From: Takakia lepidozioides
Taxonomy: Eukaryota > Plantae > Bryophyta
Assembly (NCBI GenBank): GCA_030704615.1
Contig: CM060731.1
Coordinates: forward strand, 29,202,001 to 29,266,000
Direction: 5' to 3'
DNA length: 64,000 bases
Below the pieces are notes generated by a model, which ran no database searches, was not told the origin of the DNA, and worked only from the letters and a program-made list of their open reading frames with translations. Shown in pieces: positions 24,308-36,556 of the stretch (within the stretch, counting starts at the first letter, position 1; each line of letters begins with the position of its first letter). Made by a program: the position numbers and the translations under genes.

Positions 24308-26079
24308 CTACCAACTCACACTAGCAGGCCATATATGTCCTTTTGTGCAAGAACTACCAAGTACCAGTTCTTACAACTGTCTTCACCTTCACAAAGACAA
24401 AAACTACAAAATATTGCATCTTGTAACACGCCTTAGTGTAAACGACCTGTACACCCCAACACACAACGTTCATGCAGTATTCCCTTCTAAAGGAAGAGAA
24501 GTAACCCTTCATTCAAATAGGTAACTCTGCGGGCTTCGCATGGGGGATAAAAAATACAATGAGAGTACTTTGCAAAACAACCCATGCAACTAACAGAGGA
24601 AGGTCCGGACTCACGGGAGGTCTGCATCTCTAAAGGAGGTCAGACAGTCATACTGAAAGCATGCCCGAGATCCCCCTCCAACAGGGCTCGCAGAAGACTC
24701 TCGCCTAGCTGCTTCCAGCTTCTTTAGTTGCCACGTAGGTGTCTTGTAGCTATCAATCCACTGTGCCTCGTTGGTGCTTTTGTGTTTGAAGTAGGTTCCT
24801 TTAGGATTGATCTGCACCCAGTCCCTACCTTCTTCAGCTATCCCTGGCTCCACATCAAAACCACTATATCTTCCCCTCAAGTTGGGGAGGTCCGATCTCT
24901 TCTCTTGTTAGCAGCGAGATGTACTAGGAAAATATAGTTTATCTTTCCTGGATGGGGCCACGGATGCGGAAAGTTGGGATGACCCAAAGCTTTTGATCAA
25001 ATGGCCATCAGACACAGGCACAATTGGGATATTGCAGTCTACCCATTCAGCAAATAAAACATGTCGTCTCTACTGTGTGATTCGTCAAACCGCGTATCGC
25101 AAATTTGCATCAAGGAGGTCTTCTATCTTTCGACGATCCAAGTTGACAGGTACAACTGCCTTGACTTGCTCAGCCAATTAGGACACTGTTCGATTTCATA
25201 CACAGTATCAGATAATTGAGTTAGCAAGTCAGACATCGCCAAATATGAAAAGATATCCGTTTCGAATACAAGAGGTCAAGCATCTAAATACATTGGTGAG
25301 GGTTTCAATATTCTGGGTTTCCAAACAGAATTACAAACGTCGTCCGATTGAGGTCACAGCAGATATGCAGGTGGAACAGAGGCCCTCTACCTTGTGTATG
25401 AAATCAACCTGTCCAGGTTCAGTTCCGTAGAAATTCTTGAGCAGCCCCAGAAATGATGGTTTGAGTAAAGACGTTTGCTTCGCCCACATTCTATTAAAAT
25501 ACAAAACAATAGCCCCGCCAACGCAACATCCTCAAATGCCAGGAAAAATCGAGCCTGGCTTGTCTTTGCGAGAGCTTTAAACTCCAAGTTGTCTGCTCCT
25601 GCAACCTCATAGCCAGAACTAGGGCGACACTGAGGGGGGGTAGAGCAGCCATTGTTGTCACCACACTTTCTAAAGATCGATCGTCTGTCCATTCACTGAT
25701 GCAGCCACCTCAATTGTTACAATGCCACCTCAATTGTTCGTGAAGAGCTACATCAATCTCAAATATCTGTAAATCCATCAATCCTGTGTTCCCCTTCTAT
25801 CTTTGATTTTGCTACATCTGATCGTAGGTGTCAACCGGGAGAAAAAGTCAGTAAGAGAGAGATGGATACAGCTAGGGGGCATTCAGGGAGTGCGCTGAGA
25901 AGACACGCTCTAGTTGCACAAGTGCGTGTGGCACACAGCTACCCCACCTCTTGTTCTCAAATGATGTGTTAGCAATCCCAACAACATGAACTTGATGGAA
26001 CAAGTTCTGATTTCCACTTGAAGAATGCAGCACGAATCATCTTTCAGTCTTTCTAGTGAAGAATTACAGAAGACTCACC

Positions 26080-26545
26080 GTGTCTTCTTCTTCCTGCAAA
26101 TTTTCTCATTCCAATGAAGCTAAAGGGCCCCAGAAACCGAAGAAGGGGAATAAACCCCAAACCCTAGGCAGGCGGTATACCGGTTCTGAAGACCGGTGGT
26201 ACCCAGTCGACGGGCATTTCGGCGGGTCCTCCATCCATAAGAACACAGTCAGAAGCACCGGTGACCGGTTATCACCAGTGACTGCGAGACTTCCCGGCCG
26301 CTTGCTTGAGGCTCCTTGGCATTCAGCGAGCGTCGGAGGATCGTTTGGGAGGAAATGAGGAGCTTGTGAGCTCGGTTGTTTGCTCGTTTCCTTGCTTTGC
26401 GAATTGGTTCGTGTCAGTTCTTCGCAGGAGTTGGAAAGTGGGAGGGACAAGCCGATCGGTGGGCCAAGGATGAAATGCGAGAGGGAGTGGGCAGTCTAAC
26501 ACTGAAGGAGAGGAAGGTTGGTGAATCACTGTTTTGTGGTGGGCT
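26080..26545. promoter_or_regulatory. Probable bidirectional promoter between the PPR-DYW and EF-Tu genes
   Basis: Divergent genes; telo-box AAACCCTA at 26159-26166, site-II-like GGGCCC at ~26125, and a minus-strand donor GTGAGT at ~26078 suggesting a PPR 5'-UTR exon. Confidence 0.45.
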
Positions 26546-29500
26546 ATGGCTGTATTAGCTCGGCCACGGACGCCGCAAGGGATCTTTCGGCTTTCCGCGT
26601 CGTTTTCATCGGCGTCGTGTGCATCTGGGGTGGCTGGATCATGTGCCGGATTGAGCCTTGCAGAAAATCATCTTCCTACAACCAGCCTCAGTTCAAGTCA
26701 GTCTCTATGGGGCAACTACGTGACTGGGCTTTGGTCACGAAGATCCATGGCCACTTTCAATCGCACGTAGGTTCTCGTGCAATTGCGCGTTTTGTATGTG
26801 TTTCCTTGCTTCCCCTGTCTTTTTTGGCAACTGGAACAGCATGTGACGTTAGTTTTTTGCTCCAGAGTTTTAAGCATTACCCAACATTATGAAAGAAAAT
26901 AGGCGCAAATGTGAGCTGGGCTTACTTGCGACTATCTCTGGGGCGTGTTCAGGGCATGTTTCTACAGCCACTTCAATGCTGTTCAGTGTCTAGCCAGAGA
27001 TTTTTCTGTCGATGTCCTTAGAAACCAAGATGCATTTTACAGCCTTCTTGTTGATTTTCATACGAATTCCATGCATATTTCTTTTTACCTATATTGGTAT
27101 GACCAAGCATGGGCCCACAGAACAACAGGGATTCTGTTGTAAGTAAACTGTGTTTGAGGATGTCCTGATTGCTCGTGGTTGCCATCTGTTGCCTATAGGA
27201 GCTTACGGAAGGAATTGGGGTGTACAATGAAACCTGCACATAAATTACTTTTGTTCTGATTACACTACTAGAGCTAAATCAGTAGTGGTTGGTGTGCTTG
27301 TGTTGTTACGACATGCTTGCAAGTTTTTTTTTGGCAGAATTGACTTCCTTGGATTTGACAATGTATATCCAAAGAGAGACATTGATTGTGGGGTGTTACT
27401 GGTGCAGGAAGCCTCATATGAACATTGGGACAATTGGACACGTGGATCACGGGAAAACCACTCTCACTGCTGCCATTACCAGGGTTGATCCCCTTCCTAC
27501 TCCTACCCATTGCTTGTATTCCGGAATTGCTAAAATCTCTCGGTGTCTTGAACGTCCTGAGGAATACCTGGGATGCCACCCGGAACTACTAGAATGAGTT
27601 GTGTTTGTTTGAGGCAGACTGTCAGTGACTAGTTGTGCTCATCCTGGGATCTTCAGATGACTAATGTGGTTCCCAAGAACCTAGAATTGACTGTCATTTT
27701 GCAGAACTTCTACTGCCTTATTGTTGAAACCCTCCTTTGGCCTAAACCTTGTAATTCATGGGTCCCACATCAACCATTATGATGTCCACAAGCATGTTGC
27801 ATGAGGAGAATGGTTGCAGGGGAGAGTAGTCGTATGAATATGTTTGTGGAGTGCAGAGCAAGTTTCATTCATCTTAGCTGAGTGCATGTTGAATCAGGGC
27901 GTCAACCTTTATCTAAGGAGCACTAACATGTTAGGTCCCTTTTTGTTGTATGATGCCCTGCCAGGTACTGTCTGAGCAGGGACAAGCAAAGGCAGTTGCA
28001 TTTGATGAAATTGACAAGGCTCCAGAAGAGAAGCAGCGCGGTATCACCATTGCAACTGTGAGTCCCCAGCAACCATTTTGGCATTATTTCTAGTTTGATT
28101 ACATGGGATGAAGATCGAAGTGATTTTTAGTCACTAAGCTTGTGAGCTTTGACATGGATATCAGTGTTAGAACTCACAATAAGTACATGTGCGGGTGGAA
28201 AACAGGCACATGTGGAGTATGAAACAGAGAAGCGGCACTATGCCCATGTGGACTGCCCAGGCCATGCCGACTATGTAAAGGTAGGCTAAAGCCTTTTCTT
28301 CTGACACCATTCAACTTCTGTATTTAGTACTGCATAAAACACAGGAGGAAATTATTCCATCAGCTGCTTACTTAGTGAATCTTCTGTGGACTGCCCAGGA
28401 CCACTTAGGCACAGGGTTGAGCGGTTGGGTGGCTGCAGAACATGATAACAGGTGCTGCACAGATGGATGGGGGCATTTTGGTTGTGTCTGCTCCCGATGG
28501 GCCGATGCCCCAGACTAAAGAACATATTCTTCTTGCTCGTCAGGTTGGTTATGTGCAGATTGTTTGTTTCTCAACATGAGCTTTTGAAGATGAGTGATGA
28601 GCGAGACTCTCTGAATCACACATTACTGTGACGGATATGGTGGCGGGGCAGGTCATTCATGATGATGCAATGAGCCCTTCAGTATGTCCCGTGTAGAGTC
28701 TTGTTAGTACCATTGAGGACAAGATTTGACTTCATTGGACCATACACTTGGGACCATGGCTGTCGTTGGACATGAGAGCCCCTTGTTCCCGTTAAGAATG
28801 TACTCATAAGACGTTGTTTGCCGTAGCCTTGTGGCCATTGACCCCGCGCCCAGTTTGAGCGGAGCACAAAGGGACAGAACCTACCTCTGTCGGGGGCTGA
28901 CGTCGGTAGTAAGACTTTTTCCCGTTAAGAGTGGGTCACTATGCAAAGGAGCAGATTGTTTGTTCTATCCTTGAGCATTCTAATGGGGATGTTGGAGAAT
29001 AATTTTGTGCCCCTGGAGTCTGTTCTGTTTCGAGTTGTAGCTGATGCCTGGGATTTGGTGTACGGTGCAGGTAGGAGTGCCATCACTGGTCTGTTTCCTG
29101 AACAAAGTGGATGTTGTTGAAGACGAGGAGCTGTTGGAGCTAGTTGAAATGGAATTGCGTGGTATGTCCTTTTCACTGAATTGAATATAATTGAGCCTTC
29201 CAAAGACTTCTGTTGGATGTAGTACGGATAGCTTTTCAAAATGGATCGGGTTTTTCGCCATGTACACCACTGTATAGTTTTTCTGAGCATAACAAACACC
29301 TGTCAGCACAGCAGCTTGTGTGGAATTCTGTGCAAAAAAATCCATCGAGTTGGTGAAAGGAGGCCTGAATGGGTTTAGGGTTTAAGACTTTACACAAGCG
29401 TATACTGGACCATATTGCTTGCCTGGTGACATTATTGGGGGTTTGTATGGATTTCCTACCTCAGAGAGTTGTTTACAAGAAAGTCTAGTCCTATTACAGC

Positions 29501-32500
29501 TTAAATGCTGGTCAAATTGACTATATGTCTGATGTCCAGAGGGCAACTATTCTGAACATAGACGGGATTGGTTGCAGAGTTGCTGTCGTTCTACAAGTTT
29601 CCAGGTGATGATATTCCCATAGTGAGGGGATCAGCCCTTTCAGCACTGCAAGGCATCAATGAAGAGCTAGGCAAAAAGTCTATTCTGAAGCTGATGCAGG
29701 CCGTGGATGATTACATTCCGGAGCCAAAGCGCAACCTTGATAAGCCTTTCCTAATGCCTATTGAAGACGTCTTCTCCATTCAGGTGAGTTTTCAATCTAC
29801 GTAATTTTTGTTCTTCGTTTTTAATCACCTCTCTGTTATATCATACATATGTTAATGTAGGCTGGGCACCAGGAATTTCCCAATGCAGTATCCTCTAGAA
29901 ATAATGAATCTAACGATGGGAATCAAGTTGAGGAGGTCTTCTTGCACCAATAGGAGTCCTTAGTGACCTGGTTTGGGATCAGTTTGCCGTAGCCTTGTGG
30001 CCATTGACCCTGCGCCCAGTTTGAGCGGAACACAAAGGGACAACCTACCTTTGTCAGGGGCTGACGCCGGTAGTAAGACTTACCTTGGAATAAACAATTG
30101 ATCCGGGTTTTCCAGATATCCTCTAGAAACCCCTTTACACAAGCATCAACCTGCTGTGTGTGGTTTGCCCAATAACTAGGCCCCAAAAGGGCCTGGGTTT
30201 TTGGCTCAGCCTCGAGACTTTCAAAGTTGGTAAACAGAGGTACAGGCACAATTCCCTTGATAAACTTGAGGAGAGTGTCTCTCTGGTGAGAGAACCCCGG
30301 ACAATGAATCAGAAAATGAATATTGACTTCAGGTTGCCCACACAACGGGCACTTTCCTCTCTGCTTCTTTTTGTGCAAAGGTAGAAAAGTTGTTCTCTGT
30401 GAGAGAGAGAGATTGTACTCATAAGACGTTGTTTGCCGTAGCCTTGTGGCCATTGACCCCGCGCCCAGTTTGAGCGGGAACAAAAGGGACAGAACCTACC
30501 TCTGTCAGGGGCTGACGTTGGTAGTAAGACTTACCTCCATATAAAGAATTAATCCGGGTTTTCCAGATATCCTCTAGAAATCCCTTCACACAAGCATCAA
30601 TCTGCTGTGTGTGATTTGCCCAAAAACTAGGCCTCAGGAGGGCCTGGGCTTTTGGCTCAGCCTCGAGACTTTCAAAGTTGGTAAACAGGGGTACAGGCAC
30701 AATTCCCTTAATAGATTTGAAGAGAGCGTCTCTTTGGTGAGAGAACCCCGGACAGTGTATCAGAAAATGAATACTGTCTTCAGATTGCCCACACAACGGG
30801 CAATTGCACTCTCCCTTTCCTCTCTGCTTCTGTTTGCTGTTCAAAGGTAGGCTTCCTGCCCTGAGTTTAAATTTCAGTCTAGTGCCGAGAGTGGGTAGAC
30901 CCTTGAGGTCATCCAAGATGTCCTCCCCCATGTCACAGACTGGAAACAAGTTCAGGGAAGTTTTCTGCCTAACTTCATTTTCATCAGACAATCTCATGGC
31001 AACAGACATGGCTGAGGACACTACAGCCTCTAAGTCAGATTTATCCAGCAGGGTCAAGACTTGCGGATCCAGGTCCAGGTCCTTGAGGATCTCTTCTACT
31101 CTCTTCTGCCAGGACTTAGCCTGTTTGACAGGGCGGTCCTGTTTCCAAGATATAGAGTCGATTAATTTAGGATATCTGGTGTTGGGCATATGTTGCAGCT
31201 GACCCCACCATCTGACCTTGAATTCATCTCGTCGGGAGCTTAAGGACGGAATGCCAAACTCACCCCGAACAGCCACATTGGCTGTTTTGGAGCATGCTGA
31301 CATACACTCCTTAAGCACCCCCACTTGAATGGATTCTAGAGACAGCCTGGTTGGAGTTATCAACCCATATAGCAGATCCGTACTCCAAGGCAGGTCTAAT
31401 AACGCGACAAAGCATCGTTTTCTTAACCTCAGAGTTGACCCCTCTGCAGTGGAAAAATTTAGTGAGCCCCAGAGCTTTGCCCTTGCCAGTTTGAACAACT
31501 TTCCGGATATGTGCATCCCAATTACAATTGGAGGAGAACTCAACGCCCAGGTAAGTGTAGGAAGGGAGGACCGGGATCTCTTGGCTACCCCACTGCCACT
31601 TAAGATCACTTCCTCCCTCTCCTCTGTCGTTGAATGCTACCACTGCACATTTGCTGACATTAGCCTCTAGCCCCCAAAGATCAAAGTATCTCTTCGCGCA
31701 ATCAATCAACTCCTGGAGATTGGTTGGAGTCTCCCCTATGCCTGCAAAGTCATCCGCAAACATAAGGGCTGGTATGGTGGTATCACCCACCCTTAACCCA
31801 AATCCCTCACTTTCCACATCCTCGAGGAGTTGATTGATGAAAACATTGAAGAGCAGAGGGGAGAGAGTACATCCTTGAGCTACACCTTGGTCTATGTCAA
31901 AGAAGTTGGACTTCTGTCCGTTAACAGTGACACAGCTTTTGGTGTGAGCATACAAGTTGTGGACAACTCTCCACATCTTTCCCTTGATCCCACAAGACCA
32001 GAGGCGGAACCATAGGCCATCCCTCCACACTGTGTCATAAGCTTTTTTGACATCCAGGAAAAAGACATAAGTGGGTTTCCCTTCTTTTTTCCTTCCCTGG
32101 ATAATCTGGCTTAGAGTGAAGATATGATCCACACAGCCCCTGTTTCGCCGAAAGCCAGCTTGGCCTTCGTGGAAACAACCTCTGGACTCCAGATCAACCT
32201 CGAGACGAGTACTTATAACTCTGCAGAATGTCTTGCCAACAGCATTGAGGAGCGTGATGCCACGGTAGTTCCCCGGTTCTTCTCTGTCACCCTTCTTGTA
32301 TAGATTGACAATGACCCCCTGTCGCCAGCGAAAGGGGATCATTTCAGTCTTCCAGATAATGTTAAAGAGGAGAACTAGGGCCTCTATCATGGGATCGCCA
32401 CCGTGCTTGATAAGCTCGTTGACAATACCATCAGGTCCACCAGCTTTATATCCATTTAAATGTTCAATTGCTTCCACAATCTCAGAAGAACTAATGGGAG

Positions 32501-35500
32501 CATTATAAGCCATTGAAATATACTCCAGTTCATCAGGGCTGTTTTGAATCATAGGAACAGTTTTTCCAACTGTGTCCCTCCAGCAGAAGACCCCTCACTG
32601 TTAGACCTAGAAGTTCTGCCAAGGATACTGTAGTGAGTTTCAAAGGTTTTGACAATGTCAACCGATGAAGTCACCACTGCACCTTTAGTAGTCTTCAGCG
32701 CTTGTACTTGCTGACCGTTTTTCGGTTTGTACAAACGTTGAAGGGCCAACCAGAATTTCTTGTCATTACCACCATGGTGGTTTGAGTTTATTTCACTGTA
32801 TAACGTGTCCCAGTATAATTTCTTCTGAGACCTAACAAGCTGATTGATATCTTTACGGAGCTGGTAGTACCTCGCCCACAATTCTCTGTTGGTTTCCAAA
32901 TTGCAGCACTCTTTATAGAGGGCTCGTCTCTCAGCTATCTTGAGTTTAATCTCATTAGTCCACCAATTAACTGCTCTACCGCAGACAATTAGTTTCCTCC
33001 CAATGATCTTGTCAGCCACGGAGGAAACGAAACTCTCCCAAGAGTCCACTGCTCTTTCGACTTCATTTCTTGCGTTAACAGAGCGTGACTGAAGTTCTTG
33101 GAGCGATTGGACAAAATGAGGGAGAGCCTCTTGCAAAGCCTGGACGTACTCAGCCTTGACCTCCTCATTGTGGAATTTTTCTATGCGCCACTTCCGAATC
33201 GAACGTTTCACAGTTCTCTTGGTGGTGGGAAAACACCTTTTGATCTCAGTCCAAACCAGGAAGTGGTCAGAGGTACCAATATCAGTTCTGTCGATCAACA
33301 CATTGGCACACTGGGGGAACAAAATTTTGTCCATTATGATATAGTCCACAATGGAACGTTCCCCAGTTTGGGGTTTCTCACGAGTCCACTGCACTTGGTC
33401 ACCTCTTGTCCTGTTATTCAAGGTCAAAAGCTGAAGCTCTTCTAGACAGTTAATTAACCGTCTGCCATTAGAATTCAGCTCGTCCTCACCAAAAGGTCCA
33501 ATGATATTGTCCTGATGGATCCCTTTGCCCACCCGGGCATTGAAGTCCCCCAATAGTACCACCTGACCTTTGGCAAGGAACGAAGCACAGTCCAGCTTTA
33601 CATCTTCGAAGGCCTTGTCTGCGTCAGCACTAAGGGTCCCCTCTGTGGGCATGTAAACACAACCAACAAAGAGGTCCTTTGTACTCATGCCGCCCTTCAA
33701 ATTCAGTTTTAGCCAGATACTATGCTCATACCTCAAACCCTTGTTGATAATTTCACAATTATCAAACAAGAAATCACGGACAAAGAATCCAACCCCTTTT
33801 TGACCGCGTTTGGCAGAGGCTGCCTTGAGAGTACACATCTTACCTGCCCATTTATAACCAATGACATCTCCAACCAGTTTATCCGACGTTTCCCATGTTT
33901 CTTGCCCAGCACAGATATGAATATCATTAGTCCGAAGAACTTGTCCCACTTCAAGTTGTTTCCTTTGGTTGGTCAACCCTGAGAAGTTGAAAGTGGCCAG
34001 CCGCAAGCCAGCCCTTTGCGTGTGAATTGTTTGTCGTCTAGGTAGCTTGTGATTGCTCCTGGACGGCCAACCGTTCTGTAAAGGGGGGACAGTTACCCCA
34101 TGTGTAGATTTTGCTCGTCTTGTGTAAACTTTGAGAATTGGAAACCATTCAGGGTACCAAATCTTTCAGTTACACGACGCACAGGCTCCGCACACGTAGG
34201 GGCAGATTGTCCGTCAGACTGCTTGGGGACAATTACCCCGTGTATAGATTTTGCTCGTCTTGTGTAGACTTTGGAGAGAGAGAGAGAATGTATTCATAAG
34301 ACTTTGTTTGCCGCAGCCGTGTGGCCATAGACCCCGCAGCCAGTTTGGACAGAAACATAGAGAGAGAATGTACTCCTGTTCCCCCTGAAAGTTGGCATTC
34401 CATCGCTGCACCGCGATTAATCCCCTGGGACTAACCCTCCTGGACTCTTTTTGGGGGTTCGCACCCACCCGGGTTTAGCTTATCGTTGCAACTCAGCTGC
34501 AGGTATAAACTTATTTTCCCGCGATTGCCATTAAGGCACTCACAGAGGCATGTTTCCGCTTGCAAACTCGACAGCCAGGTTGTAGGGTTATTGATTTTAT
34601 AGCCCTAGAGATTGTACTCATAAGACGTTGTTTGCCGTATGTGGCCATTGACCCCGTGCCCAGTTTGAGCGGGATTTTATAGCCCTAGAGAGAGAGAGAG
34701 AGAGTCAGGGGGTGAGAGAAGGTATGCTGATGATGCTGGTCTGCATGTGGGTATGTGAATGTACAGGGACGTGGAACAGTGGTCACAGGGCGTGTGGAAC
34801 AGGGCATAATTAAGGTTGGCGAGGAAGTTGAAGTGGTTGGGCTTCGCACGGTAACAATCTTCCTTGCACAGAAATCGTAAGGAATCACTTTTCCTTCCTT
34901 TGGCAATGTCAGTACAGGGATTTGCTGTGTGATTCACTTCCCTGCCTGATTTCACTGCAGGGAGCTAATCTAAAAACAACAGTGACTGGTGTTGAGATGT
35001 TCAAGAAGCAACTCGATCAGGGTCAGGTATTTACTTGTCTTCTTTCAGATGTTGGAAGCATGGTCTTAACATTCCACATGGACCTCATGTAATGTACCTT
35101 CAATAACCTGGGCCCCTATATCCTGAAGATTCTTTTATTCCTTTTGCATCTGGCATTACAGTGCTGCACTACATCTTGGCATGAGCCTTCACAACTTGAA
35201 TCATGCTGATGTGTTAAGCTTGAACCATTTCAGGCACATCAGTGAGGATTTAACTATGGCGCTACGCCAAACTAGGCTGTGAAATTGTGGGTTACAATAC
35301 AATCCCATATTATACGTGGGTAAGTTTTAAATTCGTTTGATAACTCATTGTTGCAAAAGGACAATGGAGTGATTGTATGATATGATATGTGAAACAGGCA
35401 GGGGATAATGTGGGGTTGTTAATTCGTGGCCTGAAGCGGGATGAAGTACAGCGTGGGCAGGTAACAATGTTATTACACGCTTCTCATGGCAAACTGTTGT

Positions 35501-36556
35501 AATGTATTGCTTCATCTGTCTTTACAGCTTGCAATGTTGGGTTTCTTATGACTGCCGTGGCACTAGCTCCCTGGTAATGTGCCTGCAAAGGAAAAACATA
35601 TGGGACTGATTGGATGAATGGCAACCAGGTGATCTGCAAGCCTGGGACAGTGAAGACTCATAAGAAGTTTGAAGCAGAGATTTATGTGCTCACGAAAGAG
35701 GAGGGAGGGCGGCACACGGCCTTCTTTTCCAACTACAGGCCTCAGTTCTACTTGCGGACTGCTGATGTTACTGGGAAAGTTGATCTGCCAGAGCACATTA
35801 AGATGGTGATGCCAGGCGATAACTTGACAGCGCAATTTGAGCTCATCGTTCCTTGTCCCATTGAAACTGGTATGTGGCTTCTCCTGTCACCCTTGACAAG
35901 TGCTGATTCCGCACACACACACACTCTCCCTATCTTCTTCTCTCACACAAACAGATACTGGGTTAAGGACAGTGAGATACTGATGTGGTACAGTCACCAT
36001 GTTAACCTATTGACGGTCTTAACTGTTTGGGTGTCAAAGGATGCATCCCTCTGTCTTCCTACAGTACATAAAATGAGTCTTCTTAAGCAGTGGGTCCTAC
36101 TTTCATAGGTGCAGCGCTCTCTCCTACATTGCTTTTGCTGAGTATTGGCCAAGTTAGATTGCCACAGTGGGCAACAGGCAGAGTGCTGCAGGACCCATGT
36201 GCTGGAAGATACTAACAACCACTGCCATTCAAGGCTCTTTGGTCTGTCCTCACCTCAAAGCTCACGATTCTTTTCTTGTTAATTTCTCATTTTCTGGTGA
36301 TAATGGCATGATACTTTGGAAAAGATGGAGCCCATTAACCAAGCATTGATGACAGATATTTTGGATACTACTGTGAACAACATAAATTTGCACTCTTCCC
36401 CAGGCTTTGTGAGAGTGATCTGCCCCTTGGAAGCCAGCTGTTTGTTCGACGGTCTCGAGTGATGAAAGAGTGTGGTTATTTGCAGGGCAACGATTGGGTC
36501 TACGGGAAGGTGGCCGGACAGTGGGTGCAGGCGTTGTTTCCAAGCTTTTGGGCTAA
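26546..36556 (+). CDS. TUFM: Mitochondrial translation elongation factor Tu, nuclear-encoded, 12 exons
   Basis: Exons 26546-26766 (Ser/Arg-rich transit peptide, RSMATFNRT), 27408-27483 (GHVDHGKTT), 27965-28057 (RGITI), 28206-28280 ([10 protein letters not shown]), 28439-28543, 29071-29161 (NKVD), 29578-29783, 34767-34850, 34961-35026, 35398-35460, 35629-35869 and 36486-36556 ([10 protein letters not shown], stop); all GT-AG and in frame. Confidence 0.95.
28798..28918 (-). mobile_element. ~120-bp 5'-truncated LINE 3'-end insertion in EF-Tu intron 5
   Basis: Near-identical to the LINE 3' end at 30412-30530; flanked by the 12-bp TSD ttcccgttaaga (28786-28797 and 28919-28930). Confidence 0.85.
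29982..30380 (-). mobile_element. ~400-bp duplicate of the LINE C-terminal/3' region, in tandem with the long copy
   Basis: ORF 29923-30483 repeats the CPLCGQ...[14 protein letters not shown]...DIWKTRIN of the main element with substitutions and small deletions. Confidence 0.85.
30400..34273 (-). mobile_element. Non-LTR retrotransposon (RTE-X-like) ORF2: APE endonuclease-RT-CCHC, with a (TC)n tail, in EF-Tu intron 7
   Basis: APE ([26 protein letters not shown]), RT ([46 protein letters not shown]) and CPLC...HFLIHC. Two frameshifts; stop at 30419 followed by (TC)n. The clade call is an inference. Confidence 0.92.
34274..34691 (-). repeat. Cluster of short LINE 3'-end copies at (GA)n microsatellites
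   Basis: Copies at ~34288-34355 and 34612-34672 (the latter with the 19-bp TSD gattttatagccctagaga at 34593-34611 and 34673-34691), plus a terminal-motif-only junction at ~34360-34375. Confidence 0.8.

Noticed and set aside
28386-28399. Intronic copy of exon-4 sequence tgtggactgcccagg
   Set aside because: Only ~14 bp with no splice context for an alternative exon; likely a micro-duplication.
30412-30535. Hammerhead ribozyme in the repeated LINE end
   Set aside because: No intact CUGANGA...GAAA core with flanking stems on either strand.
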